Shown here: positions 38,033 to 51,620 of the stretch, in pieces
Layout: each line of letters opens with the position of its first letter
Position numbering within the stretch: position 1 is the first letter of the stretch
Source of the DNA: Malacoraja senta
Taxonomy: Eukaryota
NCBI GenBank assembly: GCA_038087875.1
Contig: CM075982.1
Coordinates: forward strand, 15,562,001 to 15,626,000
DNA: 64,000 bases
Direction: 5' to 3'
Program-made: the position numbers and the translations under genes
Notes under the pieces: generated by a model
Seen by the model: only the letters and a program-made list of their open reading frames with translations
Told to the model about the DNA's origin: nothing
Databases searched by the model: none

Positions 38033-38171
38033 GTGTGGCTGAAGAGCAAAAAGGCAGCACTAAAGCGAGGAAGTAAAGCTGCACCTAGTGTAACTCCAAC
38101 TGCTTTGGATAACCAGGCTGACATTGAAAAAAACAAAAAATCAGTTGAGGATTTATTCTGCTTCGTTTATG
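38033..38171 (+). CDS. GTF2I: GTF2I exon, copy 2 (equivalent to human exon 4; start of I-repeat 1); +1 frameshift as assembled
   Basis: tttag|GTGTG...TATG|gtacta; (C)VAEEQ / KAALKRGSK...KSVEDLFCFVY vs human CVEEEEKAAEM...KTVEDYFCFCY; 139 bp where a phase 1-1 exon needs a multiple of 3. Confidence 0.85.
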
Positions 38172-38699
38172 GTACTATTACATTTCAGTGTTTCTTGTGC
38201 AAACAATCAGTATTATGTTGTGTTTATGCGCTAATATTTATGCAATTGGGTTAAATTAAAAAAAAATAATAACAATTTAAAGTTCATTTAATTTAAAGTT
38301 CTAGTAACAGGCAAATTCATATCATTAGGCAAAATATGTATTCTAATGATGTTCTTTATGTATCTAGCTGCTGCTTAAGAGCATGGAAATTAGGAATGCA
38401 ATGTTACTGAGGAGGGAGGAGGGAGGAGGGGAAATAGCTCAATTGAAAACAGTGAAAATCCAGTAAGTTAATTTGAGCTAAACTCGTGGCTTTTTACTGC
38501 CAAGTTCAGTAGATCTCTCGTTAATTTGAAATTATGGTCCAAGTACTTGTTGCGAAGTTGGTTCAGATTGTAGGTGAGTTGTATGTTAGGTCTTCACCAC
38601 TCTGATAACTTCTAATTCTAATCTCTTGTCCCGTTAACACCGCCATTCTTTTCCAGAAGGGCTGGGGTTCAATTTTAATTTTCAGCTTAAGGAACAACA

Positions 38700-40030
38700 A
38701 TTTTCCAGTTCATTAAACAGAGACCCAATCAGTTCTTAACTAACGCTCTCCTCCACCTGACTAAACTTGCCCAAACTAATTCTCTTATGATTTCTCTCAC
38801 TTCATGTCAAAAATGTACTGATGGCACAGGCATGTCCCAGTTTTGCCTGTCTTTTTCTTGGTTATGTTGGAATACTCCTTGTTCCAAATGCACCCTGGCA
38901 CTATTCTACAATTTTTTCCCCACTGCATTGGTGCTGCCTTCTGTACCCGTGTGGAACTCGTTGATTTCATCACTTTATTACTATCTTCCACCTTGCCCTC
39001 AAATTCACTTGGACTATCTCCGACATCTGACCCCTTTTGTGATCTCTTTGTCTTTATCACAGGGAACTGATTGACATCTACCACAACCCATTGACTTCCA
39101 CAGCCATCTTGACTACACCACCTCCCTTCCCACCTCTTGCAAGGACACCATGTTTTACTCTTAATTTTTCCATCTGTTCAGACCCTCCCACTGTCTGCTC
39201 CAAAGATGAGGCTTTCCACTCTAGGACATCAGAAATAGCCTCTTCAATAAATATGTTTCCCCACCACCCTACCCATGCTGTGGTGCATGGACACCACATC
39301 CGTGCCTCAGTCTACCGCAGTTCTGCTCTCCTCTCTCTCACTCTCTTCCCACCATCCACCACATCCAACGTGTCATTCTCCAACATCCTTATATTGCCTC
39401 CTTCAACATAATCTCACCACAGTCACATCTTAACCTCTCCACCCTTTTCTGCTTTCTGTCTCTGGATTACTCTCTCCTCAACTCCTTAGTTCACTCATTC
39501 TCTCCCACCCCCACCCGAGGAATTTTCCCCAGCAACTGCAGGTGATATAACATTTGTCACTACACCTCTTGCGTCATTCAGGGATCCCATCAGGTCTTGC
39601 ATGAGTACACTCTTCCAACCTCATACCAACGAACACCTGTCCACCATCTTTCAAACCATCACTGATCTTATCACTTCTATTGATTTAATCAATTTATATT
39701 CTTCATATATGGGGGGCATTTAGAGCATGCAACTTTGTAGTTCCCCAACCCTGTACTGCTCATTTTTATCTCCTTCCCAAAATCTAGAAGTAGGGCTGCT
39801 TTGTGGAGCATCTGCATTTAGTCCACAGGGGCAACCCTGAACATCCAGTTGCATGCTACTCTAATGCTTTATTCAATTATAGAACTTAATTCCACTTCCA
39901 GTCTGACCTTTGTTTTGTGGCTTCCTGCATTCTTGTAATAACGCATAGTACAAGCTTGAGAGACTATTCTTCTTCTTCTATCTAGGTACGTTATATTTTT
40001 AGACTTTAGATTTCCAGCTTCTTATAACAT
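38700..40030 (+). mobile_element. Highly degenerate Penelope-like element
   Basis: Remnants similar to 30240-31043 in the opposite orientation; ICSD..F-like region; boundaries approximate. Confidence 0.55.
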
Positions 40031-40327
40031 GCTTTCTCTGTCCAATCTGCACTGCTCATTAAAGATTCATCTGTGCTATTTGCATTGTATTTTCCCCCTC
40101 AATCAGTGCATCCTGCCTGCTATTTGCATCAGAGCACGCTCCTCTAAGTGCGCTTTCCTCAATTACATTGCTGTCAAACATCGCTAAATGTATTCAAGTG
40201 ACTTTTTTGTTGCTTGAATTGTTTATCTTGGATCCCTTTCAATCTGGGATAAGTGTTCAGAGCACCGTGAATTACAATGTTCTAATCTGACCATGTTGGT
40301 AAAATATTTTCTGTTTTACTATTTTAA

Positions 40328-40540
<213 letters not shown>

Positions 40541-40652
40541 TAACCATTCTTCTGAATTTTTTAAGCAATATTTTTTTTGTGAAATACTAAAATGCCTAGC
40601 TATTTGTACAATTCAACATCATTAGCTTAGCTGCAAAGTAGTTCTTGCTATG

Positions 40653-42202
40653 TAGGCTGTGGGCCGAGCATCGAAAATGTGTCTAGAATTTAACTTTCGT
40701 GACCCATGTCTAGGAACTACTTGAAATTTTGCCCAGATTTAGATAAAATATAATTGAGAAGGAAGTCATAACTTGTCAGTGCCAAAAGTTGCACATTAAT
40801 TAATTAAGCTAATTAGGAAATGAGATCGAAAAAATAAGTGCCATCTAGTGCTCGTATTACTCCATGGGGAGCCTAATTCTGTGCTGCTGTCTATTTGAAC
40901 CATATATTATACCATTTAGACTTTTGAATATGACTAATTATATTATTATATAAAAATAATATAAGTGTGAGTGTGTATTTTGAATGATACTGCTGCAGAG
41001 GTCCGGCTCCTGAACCAGCCTAATTAATGGGTGAGGGCAGTTCCTGTGGGTTCCCCGTCTACTGAACCCCACTGACTGCCAGTGTGCAGAGTGGGGGTCA
41101 CGGCCATAGTGGGACTGGGGCAGTGCCAGGCTGGGGGATGGCTAAGGCATCTTACAGGAAAATGCCTAACCCTAACTCGCCCCCCCTTGCAGAGCTGCCC
41201 ACGGCTGGAGCTAGAGCCGCTTTGGGAAAGGCTGCGGGCTCCGTACGTGTGGCTGCTCAGCGCGTCCACCTCGGCCAGCAAGCCCTTCTGGATCATCGTG
41301 GTGATGATGGTGGGGAGCAGCACTGCCCTGCACGTCGCCCGGGCCGCCTTCAGCACCCCCATAGCGCCGGCTCTGTCAGTCCGCCCATTTGCTCGCTGCA
41401 ACACCGGCTGTCCGACAGCTCGACCGACCACTCGCAGCACCCACCGGCGGCCCGACAGCCCGACCGACCCTTCGTAGCATCCACCGGCCTACCGACAGCC
41501 CGACCGACCCGTCGCAGAATCCACCAGCCTACCGACAGCCTGACCGATCCTTCATAGCACTCACCGGCCTACCAACAGCCCGACCGATCCTTCACAGCAC
41601 TCACCGGCCTACCAACAGCCCGACCGATCCTTCATAGCACTCACCGGCCTACCAACAGCCCGACCGATCCTTCATAGCACTCACCGGCCTACCAACAGCC
41701 CGACCGATCCTTCACAGCATCCACCGGCCTACCGACAGACTGATTGACGGACGGACCGACCGACTGACATCCTAACCCAAGCTCTACGTTTGTTATTTAT
41801 CATTTTTATTTAACAGTTCACATCATAACTTTACAAAGATAAATCAATTGTAAAACAATTATCAGCAAGGTTAGCATTACCTTTATTCCTTCGAAACCTT
41901 GCTATTGTTTTGATGTAATTAGGAGGCAACCACGATCCCCGAGTGCTCGCTGCCTAGCTACCATGAAACAAAGCGCGTGATTGGTCAATTGGCATCCGAC
42001 ACAATGTCAAACGTGCATTGATTGGACAATTAATACTCGGAAAATTTGAGGTTTTTCCTCCTATTTTTAAAATATGTGCAGGTTTTGTTCTCGACGAGTT
42101 CAGGTATGATTTCTATAATATTTTTACACTATGTTAAAAATTCAGGTAGTTGTGTTATTTGGGTCGCAAACTTAAACGAAAAGCACCTCGGCCCACAGCC
42201 TA
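40653..42202. mobile_element. Non-autonomous TIR transposon (TAG...CTA ends, 3-bp ATG flanks; possibly Academ-like)
   Basis: Perfect 16-bp TIR taggctgtgggccgag / ctcggcccacagccta; atg on both sides. Confidence 0.8.
41397..41745. repeat. 40-bp minisatellite, about 8-9 copies
   Basis: Unit gcactcaccggcctaccaacagcccgaccgatccttcata. Confidence 0.9.
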
Positions 42203-43174
42203 ATGCTGGATGGGTTTTTTGTCTTCCTTCCATGTGAAGCTATTACATCATGAAGGTTGACTTCTACACTGTTTATTTCAAATTTCCAATAATTATTTAA
42301 GGTCAGGAGGCTTCTTCACCTACAATGTATTAATGGTTTTTGTTATTTAATGCTTCTGTTTAATCTCTGCATTATTTTTGCTCTTGTCAGGCTCTAGATA
42401 TGACTTGGGTAATATAGTAATAGTTTCTGCAGTCTACTAAATTGGACACTTAAGGGTTATGAATAAAGTGGAGTAAATGTGTGTAAGGAAATGCTTCACA
42501 GGTATTTTATAAAGCAATATTTTGTGATTGTTAGTACTTTTGTGATTAGAATAGTTTCCAATATTTTCTTTATCGATGTAGGCCCTTATGGTGTAATGAA
42601 GCTGTGATTGCAAAATTAAATGTATTTATTGGATTACTTCTGGAATTGCTTTTCATTGTGCATATTATCAATTCTAGCTCTATCACAAACCATTAAGAAT
42701 TGTTGACAGTTAGCTGGCAGTAATTTTTCCTAGCTGGGAGATCAGTAATGAATAGAACTTCAAGTGCCTGCCAATAATGGAGATCCCATGCAGGAGATCT
42801 TGCAATTCAAAAAAATAGTGGTGTTGTTGGTAGACAATGTGAATATTTCCTCATTTTCTGCATTTGAAGTGAGAACTATTGAAAACTACCCTTGCTATAT
42901 CAGAAGCCAATGGCTTGATGATTTAATTTTCAATTCATTTTATTTTGTAGGAATGATTCCATGTTTCCAAAATAATTACTTTCAAGATTCATTTAATCTG
43001 TGTAATTTGATGTATGTTCTACTACTGACAGCCTGACAGTTGAAATTGAGGTGTTCTACGAAGCACACTCATTAGCCTTAATATCTTCATATTCACTCAA
43101 ACTTGAGAGTAAGAGGTTGTATTCTGTGAAATTTCTACATGGTTATCATTACTGTGCAACCACTTTCTTTTTAG

Positions 43175-43203
43175 GCCATTTTTGGATACTGCCATTCAAC
43201 ATG
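43175..43203 (+). CDS. GTF2I: GTF2I microexon, copy 2 (29 bp)
   Basis: ttttag|GCCATTTTTGGATACTGCCATTCAACATG|gtaagt; (R)PFLDTAIQH vs human RPFLEPKKH; phase 2-1. Confidence 0.88.
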
Positions 43204-45818
43204 GTAAGTACCACAAAGTATATAATTCCACCCGAATTATTTTAGAATAATATTTGGTGCCATCCTAATGAATATATAGTTTAATTAAATGTATTATTTC
43301 CACATTTACCAAGGTGCAGTGAAAAGTATTTTTGTTGCATGCTATTCAGTCAGTGAAAATACTATACACGTTTACAATCAAACCATCCACTGTAAACAGG
43401 ATAAAGGGTATGACATTTAGTGCAAGATAAAGTCCGATTTAAAGATAATTCAAACGTCTCCAATTATGTAGATGGGAGGTCAGGACCGCGCACTAGCTGG
43501 TGAGAGGACGGTTCAGTAGTTTGATAACTGCTGGGAAGAAACTGTCCCTGAATCTGTTTTGTTGTTCAAATATGATTTTGAATGGTTCTGTGATGTTCCC
43601 TAATGATCCATTTTGCAACATGATGCACAGAAATGTGAAATATTGAACAATGATTTGCTTCTCTCACATTCTCATAGTATTTTGAAGAGGGTTCTGAGAT
43701 AATTGAAAAGTCCAAGGCAGTAATGAGGAATTAAGAAAAAATAGAATTGATGCATTTGACACATGAACAGATTTCTGCTCCGCTTCTGTTATTTTACACT
43801 TTGTTTTAATTGTGTAAGAGGTCAAAGAAAAAGTGTTGTACAAGTAGAGAAATGAAAAGGAGCTTGTAATATGAGGGAAATGTATAATCATGATCCTGGG
43901 TGTCAGTTTTAGTGCTTATTGCTCAGGTAGGAAAGATCAAGAGTATACTTTGCTCAGTGAGTTGACTTAAAATACAGCCTTTCCTTTTCAGTTATTCTGC
44001 TGTTAACTGTTTGAAGCAGGAACTATTCAATGCCGTCCACCTTTTTAAATGATATATCATATGAGGATCAGTGACAGCTTACATCTTTGCTCCATCTTCC
44101 CTGGGGATGTTAAAAAATAATTTACGTATAAATGGATTTTGGACACAGGGTGCACATTGCATGTAAAGTCTAAGATTCATACAAAGCACTTACGCAGTAT
44201 TTCAGCCCAGTCATTTAAATCACAACGGTGACCTAATCATTTGGTCGCTAATCCTTGTGACCAAAACATTATTTCCACCCCTAGCTAACCTCCACAAAGA
44301 TGGCTAGGATCAGCCCTTCTTAAGAATGTTATGTTTGAAGGGTTCAAGGCAATTAGTTTGGAGTTCAAAGCAATCTGTCATAAAACTGAAACTTTGGAAA
44401 GAAAGCAGAGACTACCATAGTTGTAAGCATTTGTACCCTTTTAAAAATATACCATTAATATCCAAGTTTCCAGGCATGATTGTACGTCATTTAGTAGTTT
44501 CTGGAGGTAAAGCATTCTGTGATTTTGGTCATTACATAAAAGAAATGAAAATTGCCCAATTGATTGATCTGTTGGCAAAGTAGTGCAGATTGCAAGTTAA
44601 AATTGGTTTCTTTAAATACGTTCACGTGCAAACACTTTCCTGACTTAGTCTATTTTGACAGATTTAGGATTTAACAAAAATTTAAAAACATGTGGCTTGA
44701 ATGTGCGTGTGTGTGGCTACTAACTTGACCTCATTTTATAAAACTGTTGTAATAGTACTAAATTTGTCCCATAATTTACACTCATCCTCTACAGTTGAGG
44801 TACATTAGTACTTAATACATGTCTTTGATAGTTAGAGAACTACTATTTGCAATATGGAACTTTAGTTTAAAATATTCTAACAGCATTTGTCGTTATTCAT
44901 GTACCAGTGGTTCAACCAACAAACTTGGAGGTGCATGGTTAAACCTATCCTAAATGATTTCACCATTGGCATAAAGTTGATTTTATACATGATAGATGTA
45001 AACTAAAGTTAATGGTGAAAATTACCTGTTTATAGAATGTCTGCTGACTGTACCTGCCAATGAATTGGAAATGGGGCATGGTGTATTATGCACATGTAAA
45101 CACTTGCGCAGCAAAAAGAAAAAAAGGTCTCTTTAGAGAAAGTATCCTTTATGAGGGGTACTCTATATTGACAATGCTATTCCAAGTCAGAGTAGAGATA
45201 ATTGTGTTAAAACACATGCAAATCAAGCCTGGTGACTGCAGTGCTGTAAATTAGTTGTATTCATTGCATTAAATTGATCTTTCCTTCACTGCAAATATCT
45301 AGCTAAGTCATCTTGCTTTCACTCTAATTTCCTTCACAATTTGCTTCCACTTTAAAAAACACTTTTTTTTTTCATTCCCATAATAAGACATGGCCCACTT
45401 ACCAGTTACTGACAGGTACAGTGTTGTCAATTGACTGCAAACTAACAACGCGATGTGACGAGTTTTAGTAAGGCCTACAAACCGCTAGCATTGCAGCACT
45501 CGATACCCTGTTTACAGTATTATTCTTTCAGATATTAAATGTTGAAGATAAATATTTTCCATGTCTGTTTCATTGCCTTTTTTGTCATTTAAATTCTAAC
45601 GATTTCATCTAAACTTACCATGTTTAAATAATTGTTTTTAAAATAGTTTTAATACACTAATCCACTGAAATAAAAGACATGAAGTTCTTGAACATTGTCT
45701 TTTAGCGATGTGTGATATAAAGCAAAGGTTGTACAGTTCTTTTCACAAGAATATTAAGGATTGATATCCAAGCAAGCCATCCATTTACAGATTTAAATTT
45801 TTGATTTTCCCGTATTAG

Positions 45819-45867
45819 AAGCAAAACGACCAATTGAGAAGGAGAATACAAAGATGCCACCTGGCGG
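45819..45867 (+). CDS. GTF2I: GTF2I exon, copy 2 (49 bp)
   Basis: attag|AAGCA...GGCGG|gtaggt; (E)AKRPIEKENTKMPPG(G); phase 1-2 bridges the neighbours and human has SPGG here. Confidence 0.7.
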
Positions 45868-46475
45868 GTAGGTTTTTTCGTCCTTATAATTATTAAATGA
45901 TTTATTTTTCATATTTCAATATAATTGCATGTTCTTAGTTTATACTCATTTGCCTTAATTGAAGGTTAAAGGTGGTTTATATATTTTCACTGAGGTTGGG
46001 CTTGTGTTTTTGAAAATAATTTATGTGGTTTTTCCATACCTTTGGAAAGTTATTAAAAAAAAATAGTTTTCTTTGCATTCCTTTAGTAAAGTCCTCTTGC
46101 CAAGTGATCATTTGTTATCCTGAGCTCTGTCTGTCTTGCCCATTTGTTCAATCTTGGTTTCCTTCTCGCCAATAATAGCGTCATTTTGATTTTGTACTTT
46201 CCTGATTTGTTTGCCACCAGTTCCCATTCCCAGTTTTCCTTCCTCTACCAATGTTTTTCTCGTCATTCACTTGCATTGCTTGCTTGATATTATAATTATT
46301 ATGGCACAGGAGGCCATTCCAGTGAATGCCAGTTTCTAGCAGAACAATCCCGTCAGTCCTACTCATCTCTTCCCAGTTATTATTTCTGTATTTATTCGCT
46401 CTCAGCATCTTCCCTTTGTTTCGTTAGCTAATTACCTGCACTGGTTGTATGAAAAGAAACTAGAGCACATGATAG

Positions 46476-48090
46476 AAGTCAAGTGAACTCAATTTTATTT
46501 CTATAGCACATTTAAAAACAACTCTCGTTGACCAAAGTGCTTTACATTAGTGCAGGTACTAACTTGCTACCACTTGCTATAGTGGTACATAGATCAACAA
46601 TACATACATAAATACATACAGCGCTCCCTCAGAGGACCTCAAGAAAGGCTTGAGAGTAGAAATAAGTTTTAAGTCTAGACTTAAAAGAGTTGATGGAGGG
46701 GGCAGTTCTGATGGGAAGAGGGATGCTGTTCCATAGTCTAGGTGCTGCAACCACAGTCGCCCGTGAGCTTATGCCTAGATGGTCAGTAACCCCAAGTCAG
46801 CCGATCTGAGGGACCTGGCGGTGGTATAGTGGGAAAGCAGATTTTTTATGTAGGTGGGGGCGAACCCGTTAAGGGCTTTGTAAACAAAAAGAAGGAGCTT
46901 GAAATTGATTCGGAACAGCACTGGGAGCCAGTGGAGAGAGGCCAGAATCGGGGTGATGTGGTCCCTTTTTCGGGTGCCCGTCAGGAGTCTCGTTGCGGCG
47001 TTTTGGACCAATTGCAGGCGGGACAGTGATGATTGGCTGATGCCAGTATAAAGGGAGTTGCAGTAATCAAGACGGGAGGAGAAAAATGAGTGGATGATCT
47101 TTTCGAGGTCGTCAAATCGGAGGAAAGGTTTTATTTTTGCTGTCGTTCAAAGCTGGAAGAAGCTAGCTTTTACCACGGCATTGACTTGTTTGTCAAGTTT
47201 CAACGCGGAGTCAAATATCACACCAAGGCTTTTGACGCGAGGTTTGAGTAATGGGGTAAGGCTACCAAGGCTGCCTGCTATCGTTTTGATGGTTTCCGAG
47301 GGGCCGAGTACGATGACCTCAGACTTACTCTCGTTTAGTTGGAGGAAGTTCTGGGCCATCCAACACTTTATATCATCGAGGCAGTGGGTAAGGCTGAGAA
47401 GATTTGATCGTTTGAGCGGGAGATAGAGTTGTGTATTGTCTGCATAGCAGTGGAAGGAAATGCCGTGCCTTTGGATGACTTGGCCTAAGGGTAGCATGTA
47501 CAGGGAGAAAAGAATGGGGCCTAAGATGGAGCCTTGTGGAACCCCGCAGCGAAGGCTAGCTGGGGAGGAGAAAGAGTTACCTATGTTAGTAGAGAAACTC
47601 CTATCTTTGAGATAGGAGACGAACCAGCTCAGGGCAGTGCCATCAATACCAACCCCGTACCGGAGACGGTCAATTAGGATGGTATGGTCGACTGTATCGA
47701 ATGCAGCGCTGAGGTCGAGAAGGAGGAGGATTGCACAGTCGCCGGAGTCAATGGTGAGAAGTCGGTCATTATGTACCTTCAACAAGGCAGACTCTGTACT
47801 GTGGTGGGCCCTGAAACCTGATTGGAAAGTTTCCAGGATGGAATTTTGGTGAAGATGAGGCATACGTTGATTTTAAATTACCGTTTCAAGGGCTTTTGAA
47901 AGGAAAGGCAGTTTGTAAATAGGTCTGTAGTTGCTAGGCAAGGTGGGGTCTGGGTTAGTTTTTTTCAGGAGAGGCTGGACCACCGCGTGCTTGAAGTAGG
48001 TAGGAACAGTGCCAGTGGCCAGAGAACTGTTGATGGCGAGGGTGCTGGGACCGGTTATAGCAATGACATCCTTCAGAAGGACAGAGGGGA
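46476..48090 (-). mobile_element. L2-clade LINE 3' part (RT)
   Basis: [61 protein letters not shown]. Confidence 0.92.
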
Positions 48091-48789
48091 AACCCATGTA
48101 ATCACAGGTAACTGTAAACTCTATATGAACAATACCCCAGGGTGGGATTAAACTTGCTGTCTCACTCCAGCAATGTCATTTACTCTTGTACCTTTGTGCT
48201 GCCCATTACATTCCGTTTCCTCTTCATTTGTTCTCTTATTTTACGTCTGTCTTCCAATCTAATGAATTCACATTGCCAAGAGCATTACCTGCACGCTTAG
48301 TTTTGGATATATCTTGATGATCCTTGTAGATTTTAAATAGGTGAGGTATCCACAATGGGCAACCTTGATCTGATTTCTATCATTAAGGCAGTCGAACATC
48401 AATACAAAAATATTGCCCCCTACCCTTGAACCTGTAATTTATGTAACAACATTTCTTGCAGCATCTTGGAGGTGTTGCAGAATGTTGAGAGTTTAGGAAA
48501 ATTATTAATAGTAGATCATAATCTTACTATAGATCATAATCTATGCAGCAACCTCTTGTTCAGATCCCTAGGATATAGGGCATCCAAGTCCATGGGATTC
48601 AAGTCTAGTTATTTTTCTCAGTACTATTTTATTGATATTAATCACTTTAACTCTCTCTAGAGTTGTGAATTTGTGGAATTGCCATAATGGGGCTTCTGCT
48701 TTGAACTGGGAAAATAGTTACATTTTGGTCGTTTTTCTTCTGTACAAATAGAGAAGGTACAATATAGAAGAAATAAAAGGACTAAATGT

Positions 48790-49570
48790 TCTTGCATGTG
48801 GGTAATGATGGATCAGAGTACAGGAGGGAGATAGATAATCTTATTGAATGGTGCCAGAGAAACTGTATTGCTCTTAACGTTAACAAAACCAAGTTGGCTA
48901 GTTCCCTTCAGGAAGGGGAACATGTCTTGGCCGATTGGACGGCAGTGGCACGAGTCAACAGTTTAATGTTCCTTGGCATGAATATCACTGAAGATTTGTC
49001 CTGGACCCTACACTTTGATGTTATCACAAAGAAAGCTCATATGTGCCTCTACTTCAGAGGCTTGAGGCGATTCAGCATGTTGCAGAATACTCTATTGAAC
49101 AACTTCAAATATATGGTGGAGAGCATATCGATTGCTTGAATAACAGCCTGGTAGGTAACTTGAAGACCCATGACGAAAGAGGCTGCAGAAGGTTGTGGAT
49201 ATTGCCCAGTCAATAACCAGTATTGACCTCCCCACAATCTTAAGAAATCTGCAGGAAGTGCTGCCTCAATGACCCACGCCACCTTGGCCACACTCTCATC
49301 TCACTTATCACCGAGAAGAGGATACAGGAGCCTCCAGGTTCAAGAACAGCTTCTTCCCATCAACGATCTTTAACCACACTGCGCAACCTTACCTCAACCA
49401 CGGTCCACTACATATTTCAGTTTGTACTATTATGGTCTGATTACTAATATTATTGATGATTTATTGTATTTGTGATTATTGTATATTTATTTATTATGCT
49501 AATGTGCCTGTAAGGCTGCAACAAGAATTTCATTATGTTCCTAGTGCAAATTACAATTAAACACACGATT
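48790..49570 (+). mobile_element. Degenerate Rex1/Babar-like LINE 3' fragment
   Basis: EYRREID.L.EWC..N..LNVNKTK, FLGMNITEDLSW, KKAH..LYF..LRRF. Confidence 0.7.
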
Positions 49571-49964
49571 CTTGATATAGTCAAAAGGCAGTATAGACAG
49601 ATGAATTATTTTTTCAGAGAAAATTTCTGTCTGGAATGAATTGCTTGACAAAAAGCTAGTTCAGTAATAACATTCCAAGAATAGATTAATTGGAATGGTA
49701 TGAGTTGGAGGCAAGATTGGGCTAACTATATAGCTGTTTCAAAGAACCAATGCTGGCTGTATGCCCTCTTGTGCTATAATATTTCTACATCTATTCCATA
49801 CGTAATCCATTTAGAATTATAACGTGGTATCTAAACTTCAACCTGACATTACCTCAGGTAAAGGAGAGATTAGTGGAAAAGAGCATCCATTTTCTGCCAT
49901 TAAAGAAAAAGTGAACAACAAACCAGAGCAAAAGTGAATACATTTCCATATTTTTATGTTACAG

Positions 49965-50008
49965 CTTCATTCAAGTGAAAACCGAGCCTTGCGATGATAA
50001 CCAGCCCA
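49965..50008 (+). CDS. GTF2I: GTF2I exon, copy 2 (44 bp; VKTE SUMO motif)
   Basis: acag|CTTCA...CCCA|gtaagt; (G)FIQVKTEPCDDNQP vs human GPIKVKTEPTEDS. Confidence 0.88.
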
Positions 50009-50944
50009 GTAAGTTATTTTTTAATTTGCGTAAGCTTTTAATTAAAGGCAAAATAGTCTATGTAGTTATGTTGCCTGTAATTCTTAATTGCAACATTTAT
50101 GAAAGTTTGTGTTTTGAGCTTGCATTAACTTTACAAGGAATTTTATGAAGTAGTGATAGTTTTAGTATTCAGGATTAAATAATTTTCCGTAAAGGTATTG
50201 CAAATTGATTCAATTGCACAAGATTGTACGATGGTTTCAGACCACCAATAACCATAATTTGATTGATCTGCTCTGAAATTAGTCAAAATCTAGGGTCTTC
50301 ATTATTGTTATCCTTCCTGAAGTCTTAACATGCTGGAAATCTGAAATTTGACAGAAGTTGTGGGAGGGAGGGAGGGAGAGGGAGGGGAGAGAGAGGGGAG
50401 GGGGTCGCAAGGTTTTTTATCAAAGGACTTACGAGAGGCGCGACTGGCAGCACGTTGGGTTTGCAGCGGGGGGAGAGGGAAGGAGGATGGGGAGAGAGGG
50501 AGAGGGCGGACCTGAACTCGGTGAGCGGGCGGCTCTGACGGGGCCGACCTCGGGTGACGTGGAGAGCCTCGGCAGCTCTCGCGTGATGATTCCCCGTGTC
50601 CCTGCAATCAACGGAGGAATTGCAGGTTTCCCAGAGGGAGTAATGCCCCGCGCGACAATAACTTCCGCCGCCATTTTCAAGCCGGTGACTGGCTGTGACC
50701 TCTGGTGACCTCCCGATCTGCAGAGCATATTGAGAACGGGGGGGGGGGGGGGGTGCGTGGGAGTCCAGCTGCAGGAGGCGTGGGGCGAGCGTACTTGTGC
50801 TGGGCATTGTGACGTCAGCAGCTGGTGAGCGCCGTTTAGATTTAAAAAATCGAGTTTTGTGATAAATATTCAAAATCTGGGGAAATAATTGACCAATGAG
50901 TGGATTTCTGAACTCATAAGTAAAATCCCATCCCAAATGTTCTC

Positions 50945-50960
50945 CGCACGCACGCACGCA

Positions 50961-50996
<36 letters not shown>
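50945..50996. repeat. (CGCA)n/(CA)n microsatellite
   Basis: Direct inspection. Confidence 0.9.
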
Positions 50997-50997
<1 letters not shown>

Positions 50998-51005
50998 TAT
51001 AGATA

Positions 51006-51620
51006 ACTAGACCAACTATCAGACGGGAGGCCTAGACCCCCAACGCAACCCGTTCCACTACGTAATATTGCACCATTAACCTGTGGTTCCCCGAACTCAA
51101 CCCGTTCCCGGACGTAAGATTCCTGCCTCCCCCAGCACTGGACTTAAAAAAAAATTCCAATTGCACTTCCCCAATTGCAATACCAATTCACCCTCTCACT
51201 CCCCCCCCGGTCCTGCCAGGAGCTGGAGTAAGTGTTATATGATGGCAGCATTGTTGCAAATGTCGGGTGGAGGACTGTGATATCCCATTCAGATGAAAAG
51301 TTGGTGGAAGCAGAGTGTTCCTGCATTGCAACTTTGTATCGAAGTTTGTTGAAATAGACATTGTATCTGGCAGGAAGGATTTTAACAGTGAAAATCTTGT
51401 TAAAGTTGGCTTTTTTAAACTTTGAAATATCTTGTAACTTGTAAAATATAACATCAAAAGTGAAGAAATGATAAGAACGAGCACGGGAAAAAGCTGAGTA
51501 AGATTCTGCAAAAAAAAAGCGCTATTGTTTACTGTTTTGGCGTAGCTCCTGAGATCAGACAGACAAACGTCGAGACTTTTAATACTATATAGATAGATAT
51601 AGAGATATAGATATAGATAG
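51006..51620 (+). mobile_element. Possible Helitron/Helentron-type non-autonomous repeat
   Basis: Starts actagacca, ends ttttaatactatat(agat)n; a related terminus lies in reverse at 8600-8627; family assignment is from recollection only. Confidence 0.35.

Noticed and set aside
41397-41745. CRISPR-like array
   Set aside because: Contiguous tandem units with no unique spacers, in a vertebrate intron; it is a minisatellite.
50308-50993. 222-aa minus-strand ORF and overlapping ORFs
   Set aside because: Starts in a (TG)n microsatellite and runs through GC-rich low-complexity repeat; no recognisable domain.
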